This document shows positions 30,310-40,120 of a stretch of DNA of 64,000 nt, in pieces. How positions within the stretch are numbered: position 1 is the stretch's first letter; each line of letters begins with the position of its first letter. This stretch comes from Dehalococcoidia bacterium (GTDB taxonomy: Bacteria; Chloroflexota; Dehalococcoidia; UBA2979). The DNA lies in NCBI GenBank assembly GCA_965207415.1, contig CBDBMD010000003.1, positions 1,062,028 through 1,126,027 on the forward strand, read 5' to 3'. A program made the translations under genes and the position numbers. The notes beneath the pieces are model-generated. The model did not search any database and was not told where the DNA came from. It saw nothing but the letters and a program-made list of their open reading frames with translations.

Positions 30310-31227
30310 TCAGCCGGCGCTGCCGCCCAATAGCCAGGCGAGAACCGCCTGCTGCATGTGCAGGCGGTTCTCCGCCTGATCGAAGATCACCGAACGCGGC
30401 GACTCCATCACGCCGGCGCTGATTTCCTCGCCGCGATGCGCCGGCATGTCGTGCATCACCAGCGCGTCCCGCGGCGCGGACTCGAGCAGCGCCTCGTCGA
30501 GGCGGAACGCCGCGAAAGCCTCGATCCGGCTCTGCAGCTTGTCCTCGTCGCCCATCGAGGCCCACACGTCCGTGTAGACGGCGGCGACGTCCGCCACCGC
30601 AGCCTCGGGATCGCTGAAGCGCTGGACGCGGCCGCCCCCGGCAGCCCCGTGTGCGCGCTCGAGATCGGCGTCGCTCAGCGCGTAGCCCTCGGGCGAGGCG
30701 CAGCGCAGCTCGATGCCCGCCCGCACGCTCGCGAAGGCGAGCGCGCGCGCGACGTTGTTACCCTCCCCGAGGTAGGCGACCTTCAGGCCGCGCAGCGTCG
30801 AGAAGCGCTCGCGCAGCGTCAGCAGGTCGGCGAGCGCCTGGCAGGGATGCTCACGGTCGCTGAGGGCGTTGATCACCGGCACCCCGGCCCACTCCGCGAA
30901 CTCGACGACCGTCTCGTGCGAATAGGTGCGCGCGGCGATGCCGTGCGTCATGCGCCCCAGCACCCGCGCGATGTCGCGCACCGGCTCGCGCTCGCCGGGG
31001 CCGATCTCCTGCGGACCGAGGTAGATCGCGCGTCCGCCGAGGCGCTGCATCGCGACCTCGAAGGAGACGCGCGTGCGCAGCGAAGGCTTCTCGAAGACGA
31101 GCGCCAGCGACTGGCCCGCGAGCACGGGCCCGCAGCCGTCGCGCTTGATCGCGAGCGCCGCATCGAGCAGATCGCCGAGTTCCCCCGGCGAGAGATCGAG
31201 GATCGAGGAAAGGTGGCGGGGAGTCAC
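30310..31227 (-). CDS. argF: Ornithine carbamoyltransferase
   Basis: Carbamoyl-phosphate motif SLRTRVSFE (STRTR), HPCQALADLLT, and the C-terminal ornithine-binding region. Confidence 0.85.
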   Translation of the reverse strand: MTPRHLSSILDLSPGELGDLLDAALAIKRDGCGPVLAGQSLALVFEKPSLRTRVSFEVAMQRLGGRAIYLGPQEIGPGEREPVRDIARVLGRMTHGIAARTYSHETVVEFAEWAGVPVINALSDREHPCQALADLLTLRERFSTLRGLKVAYLGEGNNVARALAFASVRAGIELRCASPEGYALSDADLERAHGAAGGGRVQRFSDPEAAVADVAAVYTDVWASMGDEDKLQSRIEAFAAFRLDEALLESAPRDALVMHDMPAHRGEEISAGVMESPRSVIFDQAENRLHMQQAVLAWLLGGSAG

Positions 31228-31270
31228 CGCTAGCTCCTGCTGTCCGGTGTGATTCGGTGTGTCGGCTGCC

Positions 31271-31292
31271 GTCCAGTATATGTCCAGTATAT
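31271..31292 (-). promoter_or_regulatory. Perfect 11-bp tandem direct repeat GTCCAGTATAT x2, a candidate operator or promoter element upstream of argF
   Basis: Seen directly. It is a locally AT-rich island in a 70% GC genome, 45 to 65 nt upstream of the argF start codon. Confidence 0.3.
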
Positions 31293-31359
31293 GCCGTCGG
31301 GCGGCTCAGACAGTATGCCGCGAACGGGACAAGACGCGCCGGGCAAGCCTCGCGGGATC

Positions 31360-32688
31360 TCAGGCTCGACCGTCGCCGGGGAAGCCGGGTGGCGGCAGGA
31401 GATCGGCGACGGCGTTCGCCAGCTCCAGCAGCGACTGGTCGCCGCCGTGCCGGCCGACGAGCTGGACGCCGACCGGCAGGCCGCCCTCACCTGCCCCGGT
31501 CGGGAGGGCGACGCAGGGAAGGCGCAGCAGTGTCCAGACGCGGTTGCAGAGCGGGTCGCCGGTCGTCGCGATGCCGGCCGGGGCCTCGCCGGGCGCGCTC
31601 GGCGTGAGGAAGGCGTCGAACTGCGCGAAGGTCTCGCTGACCGCCGCGCGGCAGTGCAGGGCCAGCGACTCGGCCGCGCTGCGCTCGGCGGCGCCGAGGG
31701 CAAGCCCGCGCTCGATCAGCTCGCGCAGCGCGGGGCTGAGGCCGTCGGGCGAGTCGCGGTAGTCGCTTGCGAACGCGCTCGCCGCGCCGGCAGCCACGAT
31801 CACGTCCCAGGCAGCGCCCAGCCCGTCGCACTCCGCCGGAAGATCGAGGTCGGAGACCTGCCCGCCTGCGTCCTCGATCGTCGCCGCGGTCTCCTCGACG
31901 GCGCGCTGCCCGGCCGGGGAGACGCGCCCCCACTCCGGCGTGCGCACCACGCCGATGCGCAGCGGTTGCGCGGGTGGCTCCAGCGCCGCGGACTGCGTGG
32001 TGCTCAGCACCGCACCGACGAGCGCGAGGTCCTCGATGCTGCGCGCGAACCAGCCGACCGTGTCGAGCGCGGTGGCCAGCGGGTGCACGCCGTCGCTGTT
32101 GACGAAGCCATAGGTCGGCTTGAAGGCGAAGATGCCGCAGAACGCCCCGGGCCTGATCGTCGAACCACCCGTCTGCGAGCCCAGAGCGATCGGGACCATG
32201 CCGTCGGCGACGGCCGCCGCGGAGCCGCTCGAGGATCCGCCGGGGGTGTGCTCGGGCTGGTGCGGATTTCGCGTCGGGCCGGGCGTGCGGAAGGCGAACT
32301 CGGTGGTGACGGTCTTGCCGAGGACCAGCGCACCGGCCTCACGCAGTGCGGCGACCGCGCCGCTGTCGCGCGCGGGCTGGTTGCCCTCGTAGAGCGGCGA
32401 GCCGTGCGCGGTCGGCAACTCGGCGGTGTCGAAGATGTCCTTCACGCCGAACGGCACGCCGTGCAGCGGCCCCGCGGGCGCCGCGGCGTCGGCCGCCCGG
32501 GCACGCGCGAGGGCGTCGTCTTGATCGATCGCCGCCCAGGCGCGAATCAGCGGTTCGCGCTCCTCGACACGATCGAGGCAAGCGCGGACGAGCGCCTCGG
32601 AGGTCAGCGAGCCTTCGGCGATGCGACGCGCGGCCTCGCTCGCGCTGAGGCGGGCGGGGTCGCTGCCGTGGTCGCTCGAGGCTGTCAC
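31360..32688 (-). CDS. Amidase (amidase-signature family)
   Basis: Amidase signature GGSSSGSAAAVA, with the Ser-cisSer-Lys catalytic region. 442 aa. Confidence 0.85.
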   Translation of the reverse strand: MTASSDHGSDPARLSASEAARRIAEGSLTSEALVRACLDRVEEREPLIRAWAAIDQDDALARARAADAAAPAGPLHGVPFGVKDIFDTAELPTAHGSPLYEGNQPARDSGAVAALREAGALVLGKTVTTEFAFRTPGPTRNPHQPEHTPGGSSSGSAAAVADGMVPIALGSQTGGSTIRPGAFCGIFAFKPTYGFVNSDGVHPLATALDTVGWFARSIEDLALVGAVLSTTQSAALEPPAQPLRIGVVRTPEWGRVSPAGQRAVEETAATIEDAGGQVSDLDLPAECDGLGAAWDVIVAAGAASAFASDYRDSPDGLSPALRELIERGLALGAAERSAAESLALHCRAAVSETFAQFDAFLTPSAPGEAPAGIATTGDPLCNRVWTLLRLPCVALPTGAGEGGLPVGVQLVGRHGGDQSLLELANAVADLLPPPGFPGDGRA

Positions 32689-32789
32689 GGGTTGGGCTCC
32701 TCCGTTGTGACGCTCGCGCTATGCTACGCGCCGCCGCGCCGCGCAGGCAGGCGCGCGAAGCATCCCGCAGGCAGCGGAGGGGATGAATC

Positions 32790-33086
32790 ATGGCCCAACG
32801 GCGGATCCCGCGCCCGTTCAATCTGCTCTGGGGCGGCGGCAGGATCGTCGAGGAGGCGTCGATCGAAGGCGGCCTCCACGCGCCCTCGCTGCAACTGATG
32901 CGCTACGAGACCGGCGAGAAGGCCGGCCAGCTGGCGATCCGCTTCGCCGCCTACGACCCCGAGGGAGAACTTGAACGGCGCTCCCTGATCATCAACGAGC
33001 GCGAGCTGCGGCCGCTTCGCAAGGAGCTCGATCGCTCGCCGCGGCTCAAGGCGCTGTTGCGCCAGCTGCTCGAGGACGACGAGTAG
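32790..33086 (+). CDS. Hypothetical protein (98 aa)
   Basis: ATG preceded by GGAGG at -9. Codon third positions are G/C-rich. No family recognised. Confidence 0.45.
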   Translation: MAQRRIPRPFNLLWGGGRIVEEASIEGGLHAPSLQLMRYETGEKAGQLAIRFAAYDPEGELERRSLIINERELRPLRKELDRSPRLKALLRQLLEDDE

Positions 33087-33104
33087 CCGGCGCACTCCCA
33101 GCAC

Positions 33105-33653
33105 GTGTCGCACTTTCGCCGGCTTCGTGGGCTGCCAGGCGCCCGCGCCGCCCTCCAGATCGCGCTCGGTCTCGCCATCGTCGCGGCGCTCGCCGTCCTC
33201 GCGCTGCGGTCGGGCGACTCACGCGGCATCGAGATCGAGCGGCGTGATCCAGGCCCCGGCATCGACGAGATCCGCGTCAACGTAGCGGGCGCCGTGTTGC
33301 AGCCGCAGGTGGTCGTCGCCTCGCCGGGTGACCGCGTCGCCGACGCGATCGCCCTCGCCGGCGGGCTCGCCCCCGACGCCGACACCGCCCCGCTCAACCT
33401 CTCGCGCCGAGTCGTCGACGAGGACGTCGTGCGTGTGCCGAGGATCGGCGAGGCCGCGGCGCTGCTCGACGTGAACAGCGCCACGCGCGCGGACCTCGAG
33501 GCGCTCCCCGGCATCGGCGCTGCCTACGCGACGGCGATCGTCGCGGAGCGCGAGCGCGCCGGCCCGTACGAGACGACGGACGACCTCACCGCGCGCGGCG
33601 TGATCCCGGAGCACGTCTACGAGGGCATCCGCGACATGGTCACGGTGCGATGA
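33105..33653 (+). CDS. comEA: Competence protein ComEA (helix-hairpin-helix DNA receptor)
   Basis: N-terminal TM anchor, SLBB-like region, and a C-terminal HhH pair (LDVNSATRADLEALPGIGAAYATAIVAER). Confidence 0.8.
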   Translation: MSHFRRLRGLPGARAALQIALGLAIVAALAVLALRSGDSRGIEIERRDPGPGIDEIRVNVAGAVLQPQVVVASPGDRVADAIALAGGLAPDADTAPLNLSRRVVDEDVVRVPRIGEAAALLDVNSATRADLEALPGIGAAYATAIVAERERAGPYETTDDLTARGVIPEHVYEGIRDMVTVR

Positions 33654-35962
33654 CGGAGCGCGTTCCCGCACTGCCGCTGGCGGCGGCGGCGTTCATCGTC
33701 GGCTCCATCGGCGGCGTGCTCGTCGGCGGGCCGTGGCCGCTGATGCTGCTGGCGGCGCTCGCCGCCGCCACGGCCGCCGTGCTGCTGCACCGCGGGTGGG
33801 GCAGCCGCACGCTGCTCGTGCTGCTCGCCGTCGCCGCGCTCGCCGCAGCCGGCCACGCGCGGGGCAGCGAGGCCGACGCGAGGCCCCCGCCGCCCCTCGC
33901 CAGCCTCGAGGGCGTGCACGAGATCACGGGCGTGGTTCGCTCGGACCCGCGCGTCCTGGGCGCGATCACGCGCCTCGATCTGCGCGTCGAGTCGATCGGC
34001 GGCGCGGCGGCCGAGGGCGGGCTGCGGCTCACGCTGCCGGCGCCGCGACAGCCGCTGCGGGCGGGCGACCGCATCGCGGCGACGGTCGAGGTCGAGCGCC
34101 CCGGCGCGTTCGAAGAGTTCGACTACGCGGCGTTCCTGCGCAGCCGCGGCATCCACGCCATCGCCGCCTACCCGGAACGCTGGACGCTGCTCGAACGCGA
34201 CGCCGAGCACGCCGCCGTCGACGCGCTGCGCGGGCTGCGGCGCTGGGCCCTCGGCAACATCGAGCGCGCCTTGCCGGAGCCGGAGGCGTCGCTGGCGGCG
34301 GGCATGCTGCTCGGACGGCAGCGCACGATGCCCGCGGGCCTCGAGGAGGACCTGCGCCGCACCGGCACGACGCACCTGCTGGTGGTCTCCGGGCAGAACA
34401 TCGCGCTGCTCCTCGGGACGGCCGTGGGGCTGCTGAGCGCGGTCGTCGCGAGGCGGCAAGCGGCGCTGATCGCGCTCGCGCTGCTTCCCGGCTACGTCGT
34501 ACTCACGGGCGCCGAGCCGCCCGTGGTGCGCGCGGCGATCATGGCCGTCGGCATCGCGATCGCCGCGCTCTCCGGGAGGCGCACGCCCGCCTGGATCTAT
34601 CTCCTCTACGCGCTCGCGCTGATGCTCGCGCTGCGGCCGCTGCTGATCCGCGACGTCGCGTTCCAGCTGAGCGCGACGGCGACCGCCGGCGTGCTGCTGC
34701 TCGCGCCACCGTTGCGCGACCGCGCCCTCGCACGCCTCGGCGTCGCGCCGTCCGGTCTCGCGACCGGATTCGTCGAGGGCGCCGCGGTCGCCGTCGGCGC
34801 CTCGCTCGCGGTGCTGCCGGTCCAGGCCGCCGCCTTCGGGACGCTGCCCCTGCTGCAGGCGCCCGCGAACGTCGTCGTTGCGCCGCTCTATGAGGCGACC
34901 GTGCTGGTCGCCGTGATCGCGGCGCTGCTGGGCTGGCTCGATCCCGTCGCGCGGCTCGTCGAGGTCGCCGGAGTGTTCGCGCCTGCGGCCTTCGTCGCCG
35001 CCGTCGAGGCGATGGCCGCGCTACCCCTCGCGACCGTGGAGCTGCGGCCGCCGCCACTCGCGGCTGCGGGCTGGTTCGCGCTGCTCGGCGGCCTCGTCTG
35101 GCTGCTCAACCGCGGGGCGACGCAGATCTCGCTGCCGGGCCAGCGAGCGCGCCTCGCGGCGCCGGTCGCGCTCGCGGCGGCCGCCGCCGGCCTCTGGCTG
35201 GCCGTGTTCACGCCCTCGGACGGACTCGCGAGCGTGACCGTGCTCGATGTCGGGCAGGGGTCGGCGATCCTCGTGCGCGACGGCGGGGCGGCCGTGCTGG
35301 TGGACACCGGTCCGGGCGACGGCGCGGTGCTGACGGCGCTGCCGCGCGCCCTCGAGGGCCGCAGCCTCGACGCCGTGCTGCTCACGCACGGCGACAGCGA
35401 TCACGCGGGCGGGCTGGCGGAGCTGGAGCGCCGCCTCCGCGTCGGCGTGCTGCTCGGCAGCGAGGAAGCGCTCGCCACCGTCACCCAGGCTGGCGGCGCG
35501 CTGGAGACGCAGCCGCTCGACATCGGCGACCGCATCCGGCTCAGCGAGCGGACCTCGATCGAGGTGCTCTCGCCGCCGGTCGTCACCTCCGGACGGGCGC
35601 ACCGCGGCCCCAACAACCGCTCGCTCGTCCTGCTCGTGACGATCGGCGAGCGGCGCATCCTGCTACCCGCGGACATCGAGGCGCCCGCCGAGCAGTGGCT
35701 GGCCTCGAGCGGCCTCGACCTGCGCGCCGACGCCCTGGTGCTGCCACACCACGGCTCGCGCACCTCGTCGAGCGCCGCCTTCCTCGAGGCGGTCGATCCG
35801 GGCGTGGCGATCGTCTCGGTCGGGGCGCGCAACCCGCACGCCCATCCGCACCCGGAGGTGGTCGCGCGCTACGCGGGGATCGCGCTCTACCGCACCGACG
35901 AGCACGGCGACGTGACGCTGCGCTCGGACGGCGAGCGGCTCTGGGTACGGAGCGCGCGCTAG
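33650..35962 (+). CDS. comEC: DNA internalization competence protein ComEC/Rec2
   Basis: 770 aa. N-terminal DUF4131/OB region, polytopic competence domain, and a C-terminal metallo-beta-lactamase fold (LLTHGDSDHAGG ... LPHHGS). Start overlaps the comEA stop. Confidence 0.85.
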   Translation: MTERVPALPLAAAAFIVGSIGGVLVGGPWPLMLLAALAAATAAVLLHRGWGSRTLLVLLAVAALAAAGHARGSEADARPPPPLASLEGVHEITGVVRSDPRVLGAITRLDLRVESIGGAAAEGGLRLTLPAPRQPLRAGDRIAATVEVERPGAFEEFDYAAFLRSRGIHAIAAYPERWTLLERDAEHAAVDALRGLRRWALGNIERALPEPEASLAAGMLLGRQRTMPAGLEEDLRRTGTTHLLVVSGQNIALLLGTAVGLLSAVVARRQAALIALALLPGYVVLTGAEPPVVRAAIMAVGIAIAALSGRRTPAWIYLLYALALMLALRPLLIRDVAFQLSATATAGVLLLAPPLRDRALARLGVAPSGLATGFVEGAAVAVGASLAVLPVQAAAFGTLPLLQAPANVVVAPLYEATVLVAVIAALLGWLDPVARLVEVAGVFAPAAFVAAVEAMAALPLATVELRPPPLAAAGWFALLGGLVWLLNRGATQISLPGQRARLAAPVALAAAAAGLWLAVFTPSDGLASVTVLDVGQGSAILVRDGGAAVLVDTGPGDGAVLTALPRALEGRSLDAVLLTHGDSDHAGGLAELERRLRVGVLLGSEEALATVTQAGGALETQPLDIGDRIRLSERTSIEVLSPPVVTSGRAHRGPNNRSLVLLVTIGERRILLPADIEAPAEQWLASSGLDLRADALVLPHHGSRTSSSAAFLEAVDPGVAIVSVGARNPHAHPHPEVVARYAGIALYRTDEHGDVTLRSDGERLWVRSAR

Positions 35963-36005
35963 TCGCGTGCTAGGGTGATCGCGAAGCAACGAGCGGGGGC
36001 CAGCG

Positions 36006-36746
36006 ATGGTCAGTCGGCGGCACGGGCGAGGCCTCGAGGAACTGCGGTCGCTCACGATCGAGACCGGCGTGCTGCGGCACGCCGAGGGCTCCGCGCTGAT
36101 CTCGATGGGCGATACGCGCGTGCTCTGCGCCGCCAGCGTCGAGCCCGGCGTGCCGCGCTGGCTGCGAGGCACCGGCTCCGGTTGGGTGACCGCGGAGTAC
36201 GGGATGCTGCCGCGCGCGACGCACACGCGCGGGCGCCGCGAGGCGCGCGAGGGCAGGCAGAGCGGACGCTCCCAGGAGATCCAGCGCCTGATCGGCCGCT
36301 CGCTGCGCGCGGCGCTCGACCTCGATCGCCTCGGCGAGCAGACGATCACCGTCGACTGCGACGTGATCCAGGCCGACGGCGGCACCCGCTGCGCCGCGGT
36401 CACCGGCGGCTGGGTCGCGCTCGCGCTGGCGGTCGACTGGCTGGACCGCGGCGGCGCAATCGCCGCCTCGCCGCTGACAACGCAGGTCGCGGCGATCTCG
36501 GTCGGCCTCAGCGGTGGGATGGCGCTGCTCGACCTCGACTACGACGAGGATTCGAGCGCGGAGACCGACTTCAACGTCGTGCAACTCGGCACCGGCAAGC
36601 TCGTCGAGGTGCAGGGCACGGCGGAGCGTGCGCCGTTCTCTCGAGGCGACCTCGATCGCGTCGTGGCGGTCGCCACGGCAGGCATCGCGGAGCTGTTCGA
36701 GGCGCAGCGCGAGGCGGTCGCCGCGGAGCGCGCGGCTCAGCGCTGA
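36006..36746 (+). CDS. rph: Ribonuclease PH
   Basis: 246 aa. [29 protein letters not shown] and [18 protein letters not shown] are conserved RNase PH motifs. Confidence 0.9.
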   Translation: MVSRRHGRGLEELRSLTIETGVLRHAEGSALISMGDTRVLCAASVEPGVPRWLRGTGSGWVTAEYGMLPRATHTRGRREAREGRQSGRSQEIQRLIGRSLRAALDLDRLGEQTITVDCDVIQADGGTRCAAVTGGWVALALAVDWLDRGGAIAASPLTTQVAAISVGLSGGMALLDLDYDEDSSAETDFNVVQLGTGKLVEVQGTAERAPFSRGDLDRVVAVATAGIAELFEAQREAVAAERAAQR

Positions 36747-36750
36747 GTCG

Positions 36751-37110
36751 CTACCAGAAGCCGCCCGGGTTTACGTAGTCGCCGAGGAACGTGCCGCCCA
36801 GCACGTGGATGTGCGCATGCTCCTGCGACTGCTTCGCCTCCCAGCCGGCGTTCGAAACCAGCCGGTAGCCGTTCGGGCAGTGCTCGCGCCCCACTTCCGA
36901 GGCGACGCGCCCCACCTCGGCGAGCAGGTCGCTCTCCCAGAGCTGCTCCTGGGTCATGTGCTCCTTGGGCACGGCGAGCAGCATCACCGGCACCCAGCGC
37001 AGCTGGTTGCGGAAGACGATCACGCGCTCGGAGTCGTGGAGCACGTCGGCCGGGGCCTGGCCGGCGATGATCCGGCAGAAGATGCAGTAGCGCTCGAATG
37101 TGATCAGCAA
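36751..37110 (-). CDS. HIT family (histidine triad) protein
   Basis: HxHxHxx motif HAHIHVLGG near the C-terminus. 119 aa. TTG start per the ORF track. Confidence 0.8.
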   Translation of the reverse strand: MLITFERYCIFCRIIAGQAPADVLHDSERVIVFRNQLRWVPVMLLAVPKEHMTQEQLWESDLLAEVGRVASEVGREHCPNGYRLVSNAGWEAKQSQEHAHIHVLGGTFLGDYVNPGGFW

Positions 37111-37295
37111 TACCTTCCACGCGGGCGCACTGTGGCCCGGAGAACGCTCCGCCGCAGCCTAACCGCGGCCCGCCGGGAGCGGCTACCCCGGCACAATCGA
37201 GGAGACCTCCCATCGTCGAGATCGCCCCCTTTCGCGGGCTCCGCTACGACCCCTCGCGCGTCGATCCCGACGCCGTCATCGCTCCGCCCTACGAC

Positions 37296-38492
37296 GTGGT
37301 CGACGAGGACCAGGTGGCCGCCCTGCACGCCAGCTCGCCCTACAACATCGGCCGGGTCGAGGCGCCGCGCGGAGGCGACGAGCGCTTCGAGGCGGCGGCG
37401 GCGGCGCTGCGCGCCTGGGAGGCCGAGGGCGTCCTGCTGCGCGAGTCCGCGCCCGCGCTCTACGCCTACGAGCAGCGCACCCGCATCGAGGGCGACGCCG
37501 GCCCGCCGCGCGTGCGGCGGGGCTACTTCGCGCGGCTGCGCCTGACCCCCTACGAGGTCGGCGAGGTGCTGCCGCACGAGCGCACGATGGCCGCGCCGAA
37601 GGCGGAGCGGCTGGCGCTCATGGAGGCGACCCAGGCGAACGTGAGCCCGATCCTCGTGATCTCCGGCGCGAACATGGACGCCACGACGCTGCTCGCGGAG
37701 GTCGCCGCGCGCGAGCCGGCCTTCGCCGCCACGGACGGCCGCGGCGACGAGCACCGGCTCTGGGTGATCGACGACCCCTCGGAGATCGCGCGGCTCGTCG
37801 AGGCGGCCGCGGCGGCGCCGGTCACGATCGCCGACGGCCACCACCGCTACGAGACGGCGCTCGAACACCTCGAAGGCCGCGATGAAGAGGGCCGCCGCTG
37901 GATGCTCGCTTGCCTCGTCCCGGCGAACGCTCCGGGCCTCGACATCTTCCCCACGCACCGCCTCGTGCCCGGCGTGGATGTGTCCGCGAGTTTCGTCGGA
38001 GGCCTCGAGGCCCACTACGACATCGAGCCGTTCGCGGCGGGCGGCGCGGGCCCCGAGGCCGCCGGGCGGCTCTGGGAGGCCGTGCAGGCGGAGGCGTCGC
38101 AGCCGGGCACATTCGGCGTCATCGGGCTCCCGGGCGGCGGACTGCACCTGCTGCGGCCTCGCTCGCCCGAGGAGATCGACGCGCTGATGCCCGCCGAGTG
38201 GTCCGCGGCGTCACGCGCCCTCGACGCGCAGATCCTCAACCAGACGATCCTCGAGCCGCTGATCGGCATCGACGCCGCGGAGCTGCGCGCCGGGCGCGTG
38301 CAGTTCAGCGAGGACGCCGGACACGCCCGGGAGTGGGTGCGGGCCGAGCCGGGCCGTCTCGCCTTCCTCGTCAATCCGCCGAGCGTCGATCGGGTCGTCG
38401 CGATGGCGGGCGCCGGTGGGGTGATGCCGCAGAAGGCGACCTACTTCTACCCGAAGCTCGCGACCGGGATGGTCCTCAACCGCCTCGACTGA
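37296..38492 (+). CDS. DUF1015 domain protein
   Basis: Conserved throughout. The family N-terminus (IVEIAPFRGLRYDPSRVDP...) is encoded in frame from about 37212 with GGAG at 37201, but no ATG, GTG or TTG occurs before the GTG at 37296. The true start is probably non-canonical (ATC at 37212). Confidence 0.8.
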   Translation: MVDEDQVAALHASSPYNIGRVEAPRGGDERFEAAAAALRAWEAEGVLLRESAPALYAYEQRTRIEGDAGPPRVRRGYFARLRLTPYEVGEVLPHERTMAAPKAERLALMEATQANVSPILVISGANMDATTLLAEVAAREPAFAATDGRGDEHRLWVIDDPSEIARLVEAAAAAPVTIADGHHRYETALEHLEGRDEEGRRWMLACLVPANAPGLDIFPTHRLVPGVDVSASFVGGLEAHYDIEPFAAGGAGPEAAGRLWEAVQAEASQPGTFGVIGLPGGGLHLLRPRSPEEIDALMPAEWSAASRALDAQILNQTILEPLIGIDAAELRAGRVQFSEDAGHAREWVRAEPGRLAFLVNPPSVDRVVAMAGAGGVMPQKATYFYPKLATGMVLNRLD

Positions 38493-38512
38493 TTCGCGGG
38501 CCGGCCGCGGGG

Positions 38513-40093
38513 CTACGTCAGGTTGATCAGCCGCACGGCGGAGATAGCGTCGAGCGTCTCGAGGGCGGCGCGCTCCGAGGCCGTCAGCGGGCGGTCGATG
38601 CCGAGCACCATCAGCGCGCGGCCCTCGTCGCCGCTGGCCACGGACATGAAGTTGATGTTGATCGACCAGTCGCCGAGCAGACTGCCGACGCGCCCGACCA
38701 TGCCGGGCCGGTCCACGTTCTCCACCGCCAGCACGTAGGGCGCCGCGCCCGGCGCGATCTCCACCTCGAAGCCGTCGATGCCGACGATGCGCACGCCGGC
38801 CTGCGTGTGCGTGGCAGCGACGCCGGTGGAGCCGCTGTCCGAGATGACGCGCACGACCACGAGGTTGGCGTAGGGCTCACGCGCCGCCCCGCGGTCCTCG
38901 ACGATGCCGATGCCGTGCTGCCGCGCCTCCTGGTCGGCGTTCACGATCGTGACCTTGCCGTGCGAGACGGGCTCCAGCACGCCGACGATCGCGGCCGCCC
39001 GCAGCGGGCCCACCTCGTGGTTGGCAATCTCGCCGAGGTAGTCGATGCGCAGCTGCGCGAGCTGGCCGCCCTGGAGCTGGGACGCGACGCTCGCGGCGAC
39101 CTCGGCGGCGTCGAGGTAGGGGCCGATGATCGCCATCGTCTCCGGGTCCACCAGCGGCGCGTTGACGGCGAAGCGGGCGGGCCGCCCCGCGAGCACCGCC
39201 AGCACCTCGTCGACCACCTCGACGGCGGCGCGGTCCTGCGCCTCGGCCGTCGAGGCGGCGAGGTGCGGCGTCACGACGACGCCGGTGGTGGTCGTGAGCA
39301 CGTTGCCGATGGCCGGCTCCTCGCTGAACACGTCGATGGCGGCCCCCGCGATCACGCCGCCCTCGACGGCCTCGTGCAGCGCCTGCTCGTCGACGAGCGC
39401 GCCGCGCGCGGTATTCACGAGGTAGGCGCCGGGCTTCATGCGCGCCAGTTGCTCGCTGCCAATCAGGCCGCGCGTGCCCTCGTGCAGCGCGGTGTGCAGC
39501 GTCACGAAGTCGGACTGCTCCAGCAGCTCGTCGAGCGAGACGAGCTCGACGCCGAGTGAGGCCGCGCGCTCGCTGGAGACGAACGGGTCGTGGGCGAGGA
39601 CGCGCATCTCGAAGGCGCGCGCGCGCTGCGCCACGCCCGAGCCGATCCGCCCGAGGCCGACGACACCGAGCGTGTGCCCGGCCAGCTCGACGCCCTGCAG
39701 TCTGCTGCGCTCCCAGCGCCCCTCGCGCAGCGAGGCGTGGCCCTGCGGCACGTTGCGCGCGACGGCGAGCAGCATCGCGAAGGCGTGCTCGATGGCGGAC
39801 ATGGTGTTGGACAGCGGTGCGTTGACGACGACGACGCCGCGCGCCGTAGCCGCGTCGAGGTCGATGTTGTCCACGCCGACGCCGGCGCGGCCGATCACCT
39901 CGAGCTGCGGGGCGGCCTCGATGACGCGCTCGGTGACCTGGGTCTGGCTGCGCACGATGATGCCGGCAACGTCGGCGACGGCCTCGACGAGTTCGTCCTC
40001 GCTCAGGCCGGTGCGGACGACGGTGTCGTGACGTTCCCGCAGGCGCGCGATGCCCTGTTCGGCGATCTGGTCGGCGACGAGGACGGTCGCCAT
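38513..40093 (-). CDS. serA: D-3-phosphoglycerate dehydrogenase (with ASB and ACT domains)
   Basis: 526 aa. NAD-binding GVVGLGRIGSGVA, catalytic His/Glu region, and a C-terminal ACT domain. Confidence 0.9.
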   Translation of the reverse strand: MATVLVADQIAEQGIARLRERHDTVVRTGLSEDELVEAVADVAGIIVRSQTQVTERVIEAAPQLEVIGRAGVGVDNIDLDAATARGVVVVNAPLSNTMSAIEHAFAMLLAVARNVPQGHASLREGRWERSRLQGVELAGHTLGVVGLGRIGSGVAQRARAFEMRVLAHDPFVSSERAASLGVELVSLDELLEQSDFVTLHTALHEGTRGLIGSEQLARMKPGAYLVNTARGALVDEQALHEAVEGGVIAGAAIDVFSEEPAIGNVLTTTTGVVVTPHLAASTAEAQDRAAVEVVDEVLAVLAGRPARFAVNAPLVDPETMAIIGPYLDAAEVAASVASQLQGGQLAQLRIDYLGEIANHEVGPLRAAAIVGVLEPVSHGKVTIVNADQEARQHGIGIVEDRGAAREPYANLVVVRVISDSGSTGVAATHTQAGVRIVGIDGFEVEIAPGAAPYVLAVENVDRPGMVGRVGSLLGDWSININFMSVASGDEGRALMVLGIDRPLTASERAALETLDAISAVRLINLT

Positions 40094-40120
40094 CCGGCGT
40101 CCTCCCGTTGCGTCCGCGCG

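Noticed and set aside
26671-30333. Plus-strand ORFs of 616, 503 and 558 aa overlapping der, cdaR and cdaA
   Set aside because: Antisense artefacts. The minus strand carries the conserved der-plsY-gpsA and cdaA-cdaR genes.
31249-32898. 549-aa plus-strand ORF and an Arg-rich 160-aa minus ORF overlapping the amidase gene
   Set aside because: The amidase (minus strand, amidase signature GGSSSGS) explains the region. The other frames are low-complexity.
33617-35832. Minus-strand ORFs (280, 386, 193 and 246 aa) overlapping comEC
   Set aside because: Antisense or alternate-frame artefacts within the well-conserved ComEC gene.
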